From Takakia lepidozioides (taxonomy: Eukaryota > Plantae > Bryophyta), in assembly GCA_030704615.1 (NCBI GenBank), contig CM060732.1, positions 558,001 through 622,000 on the forward strand: a DNA stretch of 64,000 nucleotides. Reading direction: 5' to 3'. Below, one piece after another: positions 39,401 through 50,939 of the stretch (within the stretch, counting starts at the first letter, position 1; every line of letters begins with the position of its first letter). The notes beneath the pieces were generated by a model. The model did no database searches, had not been told where the DNA came from, and saw nothing but the letters and a program-made list of their open reading frames with translations. A program made the position numbers and the translations under genes.

Positions 39401-41810
39401 TGCATAAGTGGCCCTATGTGGCCGTTTTGAACATGAAAAAACAAGCAAAATGGGGGGCTCAAATAGTGTGCGGTGCCGCACACTGTTTGAGCTTCCAATT
39501 CGGGGTGGATTGAACCTGCCTGAGTGGCCCTATGTGGCTGATTTTCACATGAAAAAAACAATGACAAGGTGGGCTCCAACAGTGTGCGTTGACGCACACT
39601 GTTCGAGCTACCAGGTAAGTGTGCATTGAACCTGGCAGACTAGCCCTATGTGGCCGATTTTCACATGAAAAAAACAATGACAAGGTGGGCTCAAATAGTG
39701 TGCGTTGACGCACACTGCTGGAGCTGCCAGGAAATTGTTGATTGAACCTCATAGAGATACCCTGCCTCGACGATTTTATTATGAAAAAAGCAGTGAGAAG
39801 GGGGGCTCGAACAGTGTGCGTTGGCACACACTATTTGAGCTTCAAATTAGGGGTGGATTGAACGAGATAGAGAGGCCCATGTGTGCACCATTTCCACACC
39901 AAAAAACAAGGCACAAGGGGGGCTCAAACAGTGTGCGGTGCTGCACACTGTTTGAGCTTCCAATTCGGGGTGGATTGAACCTGCCATAGTGGCCCTATGT
40001 GGCCATTTTGAACATGAAAAAACAAGCAAAATGGGGGCTCAAACAGTGTGCGGTGCCGCACACTGTTTGAGCTTCCAATTCGGGGTGGATTGAACTTGCC
40101 ATAGTAGCCCTATGTTGCCGTTTTGAACATGAAAAAACAAGCAAAATGGGGGGCTCAAACAGTGTGCGGTGCCGCACACTGTTTGAGCTTCCAATTCGAG
40201 GTGGATTCAACTTGCCATAGTGGCCCTATGTGGCCGTTTTGAACATGAAAAAACGAGCAAAATGGGGGGCTCAAACAGTGTGCGGTGCTGCACACTGTTT
40301 GAGCTTCCAATTCGGGGTGGACTCAACCTGCCATAGTGGCCCTACGTGGCCATTTTGAACATGAAAAAAGAAGCAAAATGGGGGCTCAAACAGTGTGCGG
40401 TGCCGCACACTGTTTCAGCTTCCAATTCGGGGTGGATTGAACTTGCTATAGTGGCCCTATGTTGCCGTTTTGAACATGAAAAAACAAGCAAAATGGGGGG
40501 CTCAAACAGTGTGCGGTGCCGCACACTGTTTGAGCTTCCAATTCGAGGTGGACTCAACTTGCCATAGTGGCCCTATGTGGCCGTTTTGAACATGAAAAAA
40601 CGAGCAAAATGGGGGGCTCAAACAGTGTGCGGTGCTGCACACTGTTTGAGCTTCCAACTCTGGGTGGATTCATCCTGCCATAGTGGCCCTATGTGGCCAT
40701 TTTGAACATGAAAAAAGAAGCAAAATGGGGGCTCAAACAGTGTGCGGTGCCGCACACTGTTTGAGCTTCCAATTCGGGGTGGATTGAACTTGCCATAGTG
40801 GCCCTATGTTGCCGTTTTGAACATGAAAAAACAAGCAAAATGGGGGGCTCAAACAGTGTGCGGTGCCGCACACTGTTTGAGCTTCCAATTCGAGGTGGAT
40901 TCAACTTGCCATAGTGGCCCTATGTGGTCGTTTTGAACATGAAAAAACGAGCAAAATGGGGGGCTCAAACAGTGTGCGGTGCTGCACACTGTTTGAGCTT
41001 CCAATTTGGGGTGGATTCAACCTGCCATAGAGGCCCTATGTGGTTGTTTTGAACATGAAAAAACAAGCAAAATGGGAGGCTCAAACAGTGTGCAGTGCCG
41101 CACACTGTTTGAGCTTCCAATTTGGGGTGGATCGAACCTGCCATAGTGGCCGTATCTGGCCGTTTTGCACATCAAAAAACAAGCAAAATGGGGGGCTCAA
41201 ACAGTGTGCGTTGCCGCACACTGTTTGAGCTTCCAATTCGGGGTGGATTCAACTTGCCAAAGATGTCGTGTATAGGCGGTTTTCATATCAAAATACAAGC
41301 ACAACTGGGGTTCACATCACCAATGAAGCACAAAGGTCGATCTCAAACATTGTACCTTTTTTTTGGCTGCTCCAGAAAACTTCCCAATCGCCGGAGACCC
41401 TTTGCGCTTCGGACTGCTCTCTACACCGAGCATGTTCTGGAGCATCTCCCCCATCCTCTTTTCGACTATTTGGTTCTTCCTGAGGCCAGCATCAATATCA
41501 TCTTCGGCGTCCATTTCTCCCTCGGATTCAGTCTCCTCCTCACCTGTTCTTGGAAGTATGGCGGGCTGCTATTCTTCTCCAGATTCCTGCTCTTCCATCG
41601 CCAGACTTTCCTCTTTGCCCTTTTCTTCCTCCTTTTCCTCTTCGTCTACTCTTTCCATCCTCATTCTATATCTGGCTCTATTCCTGTCCCTAGTGCTCGT
41701 GAAGTATAACGACTTCCTTCTCTTTGTCCTCCGGTGGAAACAAGGGCTCCCCACGCCTCCTCTGGAGCTCTCCAGTTTGACGTTTGCAACAAGCGTTGCT
41801 ATGGCATGTA
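33457..41810 (-). pseudogene. Full-length multi-exon ParB/Srx-like + beta-class DNA methyltransferase-like gene, family A
   Basis: LKIPLCRLVSMPVVRPP..FHVWDGNHRLLAW (37620-37030); ELIILDIPDG (~34850-34818); RERSPAFIQTIVECCTYIDARVLDLSMGTG (34240-34151); ARHLFGIEGD (~34005-33975); a few stops and frameshifts; 5' end approximate. Confidence 0.75.
37740..41250. repeat. Intronic tandem satellite, ~116-bp unit (~30 copies), each with the 36-bp palindrome GCTCAAACAGTGTGCG-N4-CGCACACTGTTTGAGC
   Basis: Unit spacing 115-116 bp in 39920-41200; 347-bp higher-order period (ORF track repeats at 39995/40342/40689); bounded by a GT donor at ~41354 and an AG acceptor at ~37628 on the minus strand. Confidence 0.95.
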
Positions 41811-41987
41811 ACCAAAGTAAAAATTGGACATTGTTAACCGTATTTGGATGCGGGTGTCATCATTGTGTGCGAACGGAATTCATCCATTTCGGCGTCTTTG
41901 TATTATCCAAGAAATAAAGTGGTGGAAAAAAAGTAGATCCGTTGCATGTACTTGTGATATATGTCAGATGTACTTCGCCGCCTGCTA

Positions 41988-42485
41988 CAGAAATGTGGTG
42001 CCCCATTTCCATCCATGTGAGACCTTCAAACTTTCCAGACCGGAAATGCGGCACCGCATTTCTGTCCAGGTGAGACCTCTATACTTTCCCGAACGGAAAT
42101 GTGGCACGACATTTCCGTTCATCAACTAACGTATGTGAAGGGGGAACGGAAATGCGGTACCGCATTTCCGTTCACATTGAAAATCATGAACCACGGGAAC
42201 TGAAATGTTGTGCCTCATTTCCGTCCGAATCGCACCTTTCGACATTCGAGAACGGAAATGCGGCGCCGCATTTCCCTTTTGTATCTCATACATGGAGCTG
42301 TGGGACGGAAATGCGGCACCGTATTTCCGTTCAACAACTAAGGTATGTGAAGGTGGAACGGAAATGCGGTGCCGCATTTTCTTCCAACAAGTACGGATGT
42401 GTAGCTTCGTGATGGTACTTAACGGAAATGCGGCGCCGCATTCGCATTTTCACTCCAACTCATCAGACGCTGGGACGGAAATGCC
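41988..42485. repeat. B palindrome array, first half of the intergenic array
   Basis: GGAAATGCGG-NN-CCGCATTTCC copies whose spacers match rc of 55480-55990. Confidence 0.9.
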
Positions 42486-42881
42486 TTGAAATGTGAACAC
42501 GTGGAGCAACGGAATTGCTGCACATGTTGGCACTCTATCTGACTGAAGGGGCATGAGGCGGCGCGGCCTGACCGTTGGATAATGATGTTTGTTTTTCGGA
42601 CGGCAGGCGTACCCTGAACGATTCGAATTTCGTAATGACGCAAACTCCACGAGGAGACACTTTCGTCCAACCCTTTCGAACCCAAGTGGTGCATCACCGC
42701 CGTTTCATCTACTTTTGTCGTGTTTCCTCAGTCACCCCTCTCGCGCCCTTTCCATCTGCACTCTTTGCCCCTTTTCCCTCTCTCTGTTCTTCTTATGCTC
42801 GAACTTGAGAGGGGGGGAGTTCGTGCACCAGACAGGAGACCTCGTCGCAAGCTCCGGAAATTATACTTCGGACGTAGGCCA

Positions 42882-45800
42882 ATGCCGAAGGGGAGGAAGC
42901 AGATGCGTCTACAGGAGGAGATTGCCATCTCCGAGCAGCAGGCCACTCAGGCAACCCAGCCACCAGTGAGAGCTCCATGCGATCGGGCTGCGCGCAGCTG
43001 ATCGAGCACCGAACCCCCCATTTTGCTTTTGTAATTCTTAGACTGAATGCTAGGAGACTTGAATGCAGAACATGTTTGCATGCCTAACAGGAAAGGTGGA
43101 CGTGCTGGAGGGATCGCAGGAATCCGAAGAGCCGCAGGAAGAGTCCGAGGAGCTAGCTGCAGCACGTACACCCACCCGATCCCCGAGCGCGGGTATTCCT
43201 GTCGGGCCTAGCCCTGTGCGATTCAAAGACGCGGCTTCGAAGGGCAAGTTCAAAGCCCCAGAGATCGACTCGCGTTCTTCGGTCATGGAGAATCGCCAGC
43301 AGGGGTCGGGCCCTTCTCCAGCAAAGTCGAAGAAGAAGCAGCCCGTCCCTCTACTGGCTTCTGAACCGGCTCAGGCCGATTCACCCCCCCCAACGCGAAT
43401 GAAGCAGCAGGGTAAAAGACAGATTCAATTGCAGCAGACACCTTCACATGCAAGGATGAGGAAGCAGAAGGCAATCAGGGCGACGGCCGAACAATCTCCC
43501 GCAAAACCGCTTCCACGAGCTGAAGCTCAGTTCCTGGAGGATTTCCCGCCTGCAGATGTTGGGGCCGTCTCTGCTGCAGCGAAGGCAATGGGATCGACGG
43601 TTTTTGTCGATTTGGTACCGGAGGAGGGTGCTGCCGCAGAACGTTCGCAGCTAGACCTCACCACCGATGAGCAAGCAGGCCCGGAGGAGGCCTCTACAAT
43701 GGCAGAATTGCCCGCACACAGGCCCTAGAGTGCAGCTCCAGTTGAGGATGCTCTAGCTGCTCAGCCACTACCGGCACCTACAGACATGTCTCCGGAGGAT
43801 TTCAAAAGTGCAGCGGATAAAATGTTGGAGGAGACACACAATAGCATTGGCAGAGTTCTGGGCAGCAGGGTATTCCAGCGGACTCTTCGAATCCCACTCT
43901 GTCGCATGGTCTCCCTTCCCATCGTCAGGTAGGCCCTTCCCGGAGATGTGGATAAGCTCAAGTTCGCATTTCGAGAAGGGTACCGTCTGGGATCGGCAGC
44001 GTTTTACGTTTCCATTGAGAATGAGGACGGCGAAACTCATGGACCCACTGCCGATGAATTGTCAACGTGGGATACCCACTGGCACACTGGCAACGACGAA
44101 TTCGAGGCGACGCTGAAGGGTGATCCAGACTTCGGCCATATGTCTGGTAAAATGTTCTTTGTGTGGGACGGGAATCACCGACTTCTCGCCTGGTGGGAGT
44201 ACATCAAGCAGAACCATGCCAAGCACATTGGCTGGCATTACATGGTGGAGTGTGTCATCCTGAAGGTGAAGGCGGCAGACTCCTCCCTGCTCAAGAATGC
44301 CATGGCGGACCTCAACTCGTAAGATACTCATACCCTCCCTAGCACGTTCGAAATGCGGTGCCGCATTTCGGTTTCCATTCTGGTTTGTTTCCGTGCTTCC
44401 GTGTACTGAACTGGAGAGTGTGCCTTGCAGGGTCACTGAGAATGCGTACGTGCATACCCACATGGCACATATGCTGTACAGGGTGAGGAAAACTGGTCTC
44501 ACTGATCTGCAGATGTTTGCGGAAATGCTGGAGCCCGAGCTCATTCAGAAAGCCGTTGCAAAAACAGACCGGACATGGTATCGTCTCACTATGGATGGAA
44601 TGGTGGAGGTGATATACGAAGTAAGTTGTCCTCCAATTTCCCTCTGCTCATCCTTCCCCAATTTCCAGTAATCTTTCCACATGAATCGAATGTAACGCTT
44701 CTGCATGTTTTTGTTGGCAGTCAAACATCAAGCTGGATTTGGCCCATGCCAAACGCTTCTTCATGGAAAGTGAGGGGCAGGTCAAAACGTTGCAGTCATT
44801 GACTGAGCACTTGAAGGAAGCCGGTGTCAAGTCCAGAACCAAATACAAGTCAAAGCTTGTGAAGCTGGTGGCAATTGCAGATCCGGCACTTGGAAAGGAC
44901 TTCATCCCCGAGATTGCAAAACACTATTCTCAGGCCATGCAGCCGACCATGCAATTGGAGAAACTGCATCACCTCTCAACGGCATGTGTGGAGGCGAAAG
45001 AGAAGTTGAGGTTTCAATGCACTGAAGTTCCTTCCTAGCAATAGCCACTCTCTTCCAGCTCCTGACATTGGATCGGAAATGGCAGACACGGTGGCTGTCG
45101 ATCTGGAATGCATCCGAGAGCATAAGGACAATGTGGTCTTTTCCACTGGAAGTTTCCGACCCTGCAGTGGATGTGTGGCTCAACCGTATGACTTGGTGGT
45201 TCCAGGTAATTCAAGGTACTTCCCCAGATTTGCTTTTCTGAAATGAATTCCCTGAACTGCTACGTGACAATGCATTTGGGAATCGCAGGTAATGTCGAAT
45301 GCGAAGGAGCAAGTCGTAATGCACACAAATTCGTTCGGCTTGTACGTCAAATGGGATGGAACACAGACATTGGAAGACTACGTGACACGTTTCAGATGTG
45401 CATACAAGGACAACCTTTTCGCCAGAGAGCTACAGACAGCAAGAAGGAGCGTGGAGTTTACACATCAGGAGGGAGCGGGGAAAGCTGCAATGCGAATTGT
45501 TTACAGGTGAAGCACAGCTGCCCTTGTATGCGAAGCCTGGTTACGAGGTTTGTCTCGGAAATGCGGCACCGCATTCGCATTTTCTGTTTTCGGTGGCACT
45601 CTGCGAGTAGGTTGGTCTCAACTTTTGCTCACGCATGCTGACTGCCTTGCAGGTATATGAAATACGTGCTCCTTCAGACAGGGGCCCTGGCTCAAGAGCC
45701 CCCGTTCTTCATGGCTTGGACCGTGGCGGGCCCAAGCTAAGTCTACACACCCGAGATGCAGAAACAATGGCATCCCGCGCATCTCGTTGGATGCCCGTGG

Positions 45801-48004
45801 TACCTGGACATGTCTGGCGGTATTGTTGACGAGTCTGAGAAAGATCTGCACGCCTTGGCAGAAGAGAAGAGAAAGGAAAGACGTGTCCCTGCTGGGCCAA
45901 AGTCGGCAAAGGAATCTGCTGCTCTGGAAGAATCCAGAAAGGCAGCTGAGATGGCACAAAAGACGGTGGATGCAGCTGTGCAGGCCCAACAGAAGGGGTC
46001 GAAGAAGAGGACTGGCCAGCAAGGAGCAGCTGTTGTGACACCCGCCAAAACGAAGAAGCAGAAACAGCCTGTTCAGGAAGAGGGTGAGGAAGAGGACTCC
46101 GATGGAGACTTTGCAACCAGCCCACCCCCCCAAACGCAGGCTGCCTCCCCTGTGCCCACCGTTGTCACGAGAGGCACGAGAACTGGCTCGGCAAAGAAGG
46201 CACTCTTCAACCCCCAGGGGGGCACCCTTTCGAGCCGGTGGAAATGAAGAGGCCGAAAGTGGCTCCCGAAACAGTAGTCCAGTGTGTAAATGAGAGTTTC
46301 TTGGCGGCTTTGGATGGACGGGCAGCCAAGTTGGCATACATGAAGACCATGGAGGGTCTGAAGGGCAGAGCACTGAAGAAGGCGACTGCCGAAGAGCCTT
46401 CCGACACCCCAGGATTTCAGAATATGGTCTCGTTCTTTGAGAGGGTGTGTGCAGACAAGGATTGTAGGAGGGGCGGAAATGCCACCGAGTGGTCTTGCGA
46501 TATGATCATCTTGGATATTCCGGACGGAGAGCCTGTGGAAGGACTGCAAGCTTTGCCATCTTGGAACAGGTACTCGGAGGACTTTTGGAAGAAAGGATTC
46601 GGGCTTGCCCGCATGGTGTTGGACGACAGAGGCTGTGTGGTTGTCCTGGCGAGCAGAGGAAAAAACACTCAGACAAGAATTGCGAAGTGGACCCGCAAGA
46701 GCGCCGTCCCGATTCTGAAAAAGAAGTGGACGTGCATCAACACACTCGGCCTTCGGTCGGAAGGGAAGAAGGTGATTACGACACTGGCACTCGTCCATTC
46801 ATTTGCTTGGGTGTTTTCAAATGCGGTGCCGCATTCGGTTTCTAATCGTTCCCCCCTGTGTATGCAGACGAAGCAGTTCGATGCATACTGCTTTGTGAAG
46901 GAGAACTCCACCTTTGCTTTCCGGAAGGAGGGAGGAAAGGTTGACCCGAACTGTGACCCCCTCGATTACGACGTTCTGTTCAACAACGTTCCCAAGGAAC
47001 TTCTCCCTCATAGCCTCACTTCAACGGAACCCCTTCGGTACTCACGGACTCGGAGCCCTGCCTTCATTCAGACAATTATGGAGACATGCACAGACGTGGA
47101 GGGCACAGTGCTCGACCTCATCTGTGGGACAGGTATGCAGAATCTTGATCTATGCTGTTCTGCAAATTCTCGTTAGGATGTAGTTCGCAACATCTGAAGC
47201 GCCATGTGGTAATGTGTGGATGGCATTGTAACAGGTGCCTCAATGTGGGCTGGGCGGTTTTCCGACCGGCACCTCTTTGCCTACGAGGAGGATTCATCCG
47301 TGTGGGGATCCCATCTGGAAGGGCTGCAACGGAATGTTAAGGCTCCCGACAGAGCGGAAGTCTCCTCGGATTTGTCGGAGTCCGAGGAAGACACAGTGGA
47401 CATTGATGCGGAGGAGAACCCGGAATACGAGTGAGTGCAAACATTGTAAGTTTGCAAAGCCTTCTGGGTCATTTTTGTCAAACGAATTTCCCGACTGTGG
47501 TTCTCATTAGTCTCGTTGATGATTGTCATGTGCAGGATTGCAGGGTCCGGGTCGAAACATGTAGGGCCTACACTTCCTGCCAGGAAGAATGTCCCGTTCT
47601 TTGCGAGGGCCGACTTCATGACGAGCCCGGTGAGGGACTACTCCCTTCCTAGTTATGCAGCTAAACTCGCAAATACAGCGATTAGAAGAAGTGAGAATCC
47701 CAGTAAAGTAGAGCAGATTTTGGAGAGGGCTAGGGAGGACAGAAGGATAAGGAAAGAGTTGGCAGCAGCTCAGACAGGTAGACGGGTACGAAAGTACATA
47801 TGTGATTCAGCGGATGAGAGCGACGCAGACAGGGAGGAAGACGACCCAACGGAGGTGAGATGGACAGTTCCGCAAGGGGAAGATGGGATTTTCGAAAGCC
47901 TGGCCAACGAGCAGTCCGCTGGAGATGAGAAAGGCACTGAGGGGGTGGAGGCGGAGCAGGATAGTCTAGAACATGATGAGGATTCGGATGATTTTCAAGA
48001 TTAA
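42882..48004 (+). pseudogene. Full-length multi-exon ParB/Srx-like + beta-class DNA methyltransferase-like gene, family B
   Basis: ATG 42882; single frame 43063-44320 with TAG at 43726 and ~43928; LRIPLCRMVSLPIVR..FFVWDGNHRLLAW; CDMIILDIPDG (46514-46528 = DIPDG); TVLDLICGTG (~47105-47134); RHLFAYEED; about 10 GT-AG introns. Confidence 0.8.
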
Positions 48005-48139
48005 TAGAATTTTAATGAAGTCTCTGTAAATGTAAATTCTCTTCTAGAGTATATAAAGGAAATTCTGCCCAACATTCGTGACCCCTCTCCAGTGTGCATT
48101 CCAGCCACACAATCGCCCAAACCACGACGCTCCCAAAAT

Positions 48140-48985
48140 CAGAAATGGGGCACCGCATTTCCAAGATTTTGGCAACTCTAAGAACCTCTTTTGGAAATGC
48201 GGCACCGCATTTCCAAAACAGGGGAGGGACTAAATTTTCCATTTCAATGTTGGCATAGTAAAAAGTAATCGGCCGATTGGAAATGCGGTGCCGCATTTCC
48301 AAAATTTCCTTTGTCCACACGCCAGTTTTGGCCTCTCCCGCTCATTGCATGGATGCCACCACGCTTACAGAGGTCGAACAAGGAGGTCGAACAAGGAGGT
48401 CGAGATGGCGGAATTGAAAATGCGGTGCCGCATTTCCATATTGGGGATGGTCGTTGTTCGAACTGCAGGCCCTGCAGGCCCATCAGCAAAAATTGGCACC
48501 GCATTCCATTGTAAAAAAAAAGTCGATGACGGACATGGAAATGCGGCGCCGCATTTCCAGAACGGACATCGCAATTTGTCCATTTGCAGACCCTCTCACG
48601 GAAATGCGGTAACGCATTCCATCGCGCTGGTCGGAAATGTCACACTTTTTGAAGTGTTGGACGGAAATGCGGCACCGCATTCCCTTGTCCAAAAAGAAGT
48701 TTCCATTGCCAAGCTGGAAATGCGTCGCCGCATTTGCAATGCCAACCTCGTTGTCTGTCCAATTTATAGACCCGTGTTGGTATTTCGTGTACCTGGACGG
48801 AAATGATGCACCGCATTTCATTGTCTGACACTGAAATGCGGTTCATACATTTCCATGTCGGCATGGAAATTCGGCACCGCATTTCCTTGTCCGACATGGA
48901 AATGCGGTGCCGCATTTCGATGCCGACATGGAAATGCGCCACCGCATTCCAACGTCCGACATGGAAATGCGGTGCCGCATTTCAA
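48140..48985. repeat. B palindrome array downstream of the cargo gene (~14 copies)
   Basis: Direct reading; positionally equivalent to 8910-9470. Confidence 0.95.
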
Positions 48986-49240
48986 TGTCCGACATGGCGT
49001 TACTCTGGTATATTCTTGACACATGACTCACATACCGGTTACTCTGCTATATTCATCCGGACAGACACATTGTAGAAATGAGACATCAAATTGTAAACAG
49101 TGGACCAATTCCGACAGTTATTCAACAGAATGAAACACAATCATACAGAAGTGAGGTACGATGGGTTTATTGATCGGACACGATGTCTCACATTTACCAA
49201 CTGCAGACAAAACTAAGCCCTTCCTCCTTCTACATGGGCT

Positions 49241-49942
49241 TCACCAAGTCGACGGAACTTCGATACCCCTCAAAACAAGCTCATCACTGCTGCGGCACCT
49301 CGAGGTAAACTGCAATTCGGTCGTTCTGCTGCCCTTGCTGAAGCCGACGACAATGTCATGTCCATCAATGATACCACCATCATACATTGACAAGGTCACT
49401 GTGGGCCTCATGTGCCCGTGCGATTCGTCTTCGCAACTCAGCCGAATGTCTCCATACACTGGAAGAGCGGAGTGATCTGCACGTATATAGTTTTCCCCGG
49501 TGCCGTCCTCCCTGGTCCACTGGCAGCAGTTCCAGCGCCAAAGCGAGGCCGTGCGTGATCTGTCCGGCATCCCTTTCCAGCTTGGTATATCCAGGTCAAC
49601 AATTTTCAGGACCCACGGACCGCATTGACCCTCGCCCTCACCTCGCTCAAAGCGGTAATAGCCCTCCAGATACTCCATTGCGTGCAAAGACTCTTGCTTG
49701 ATTCCAGCAGCGTCTGTGAAAACAAAGAGCCAGACAATGATGTCTCCTGATTCTGGTTTGAACATAGCATAATCGTGGCCATGATAAGGGCAGTCGGCTG
49801 GATTTCGGCGGCACGGCATCCTTGAAAAAGAGTAGCGGAGTACGCTCAATGACAGCAGCTCCCGGATGGAGGAGGAGCAGCGCGGTGGCTGGAAAAAGTT
49901 CAAGCTAACGCTGCAATTCCTCACAAACACTCCAGGGCACAT
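49241..49942 (-). CDS. Unknown ~190-aa protein, paralog 1 (likely ATG 49819)
   Basis: Intact ORF; counterpart of 9732-10406 and paralog of 50103-50939. Confidence 0.7.
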   Translation of the reverse strand: MCPGVFVRNCSVSLNFFQPPRCSSSIRELLSLSVLRYSFSRMPCRRNPADCPYHGHDYAMFKPESGDIIVWLFVFTDAAGIKQESLHAMEYLEGYYRFERGEGEGQCGPWVLKIVDLDIPSWKGMPDRSRTASLWRWNCCQWTREDGTGENYIRADHSALPVYGDIRLSCEDESHGHMRPTVTLSMYDGGIIDGHDIVVGFSKGSRTTELQFTSRCRSSDELVLRGIEVPSTW

Positions 49943-50102
49943 TTAAATTTCCCCCCTACAGGATCCTAGACCGATGAAGATTGACTGCTTCATGAATGTA
50001 GCCGTTTCAGTTTCCTACCCTGCCATGCAAACTATGGGCACTCACTGCCAGGTGGGCCGATAGCCACTGGACACGACGAAGTCCATCCCCTCTTTGATGT
50101 AA

Positions 50103-50939
50103 ATGCGGCGCCGAATTTCCATCCGGGGGGATGGACTTCGGTGGCAGATCTCAAACTATAACTTGTTGATGAGAAAGATGTATGGGTTCATCCACCGCCG
50201 GCGTGATGAACACATTCCACCTCCGTCGGTGGGTACGTGGGACCCAGATGCTCCATTATTGGAGGCCGGACTGCTCTTCCGCTTCGCATCATTTCCAAAA
50301 TCTAAGGGCTTCGTAGCTGTCCGCAAGGTCATTGTCATCTACATCCAAGTCGTCCTCAGGTCCTCCTTTGCAAGGATGCCGTGCTTCCGGAACCGGGACG
50401 ACTGCCCATTTGGAGGCATCGATTATGCAATGCATTCGGCCACATCGGGAGACATTGTTATCTGGTACACAGATTACAGAGAAGATACTGGTTCGATTGT
50501 GGAAACATTGGTGGCTTTTGAGTATATCCTAGGCCACTATGCCTTCGAGCGGGGTGACGATCTTGGTCTGAGGAGTCCGTGGCTCCTGCGCATCCTCGAT
50601 TCCGATTTTCCCAGCTACGACGGTCATCCATGCAGAAGAAGGCGCACTGCTATGCTGTTGCGGTGGAACTGCTGCCACTGGACGTGGGTGGACTCCATCG
50701 GAGAGACCTATTCTCCTCAAGGAGTGCGCTCCTCTTCTCCATTGTATGGGGACATTCGCATTGGTGTGCACGACGAAAACGTGAAGATTTCCATATTCGA
50801 TGGTGGTATGATTGAAGGGCAGGACATTGTGGTGAACATCACTAGGGGCGGTACAACGGCTGCAATCGACTTTACATGGAGGAGCCCCATGACTCATGAG
50901 CTAGTTCTGAGAGCAGTCGAAGTCCCATTGACAACGTGA
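50103..50939 (+). CDS. Unknown ~190-aa protein, paralog 2 (likely ATG 50376 or upstream)
   Basis: Intact ORF; MPCFRNRDDCPFGGIDYAM..SGDIVIW..RWNCCHWT..YGDIRI..DGGMIEGQDIVV..ELVLRAVEVP aligns end-to-end with paralog 1. Confidence 0.7.
   Translation: MRRRISIRGDGLRWQISNYNLLMRKMYGFIHRRRDEHIPPPSVGTWDPDAPLLEAGLLFRFASFPKSKGFVAVRKVIVIYIQVVLRSSFARMPCFRNRDDCPFGGIDYAMHSATSGDIVIWYTDYREDTGSIVETLVAFEYILGHYAFERGDDLGLRSPWLLRILDSDFPSYDGHPCRRRRTAMLLRWNCCHWTWVDSIGETYSPQGVRSSSPLYGDIRIGVHDENVKISIFDGGMIEGQDIVVNITRGGTTAAIDFTWRSPMTHELVLRAVEVPLTT

Noticed and set aside
37740-41250. 36-bp palindromic repeat as a CRISPR array
   Set aside because: The intervening ~80 bp are homologous between units, so it is a tandem satellite
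42882-48004. Bacterial or phage contamination as the source of the ParB-methyltransferase
   Set aside because: The gene has multiple GT-AG introns and lies inside TIR/TSD-bounded elements interleaved with plant-type LTR retrotransposons
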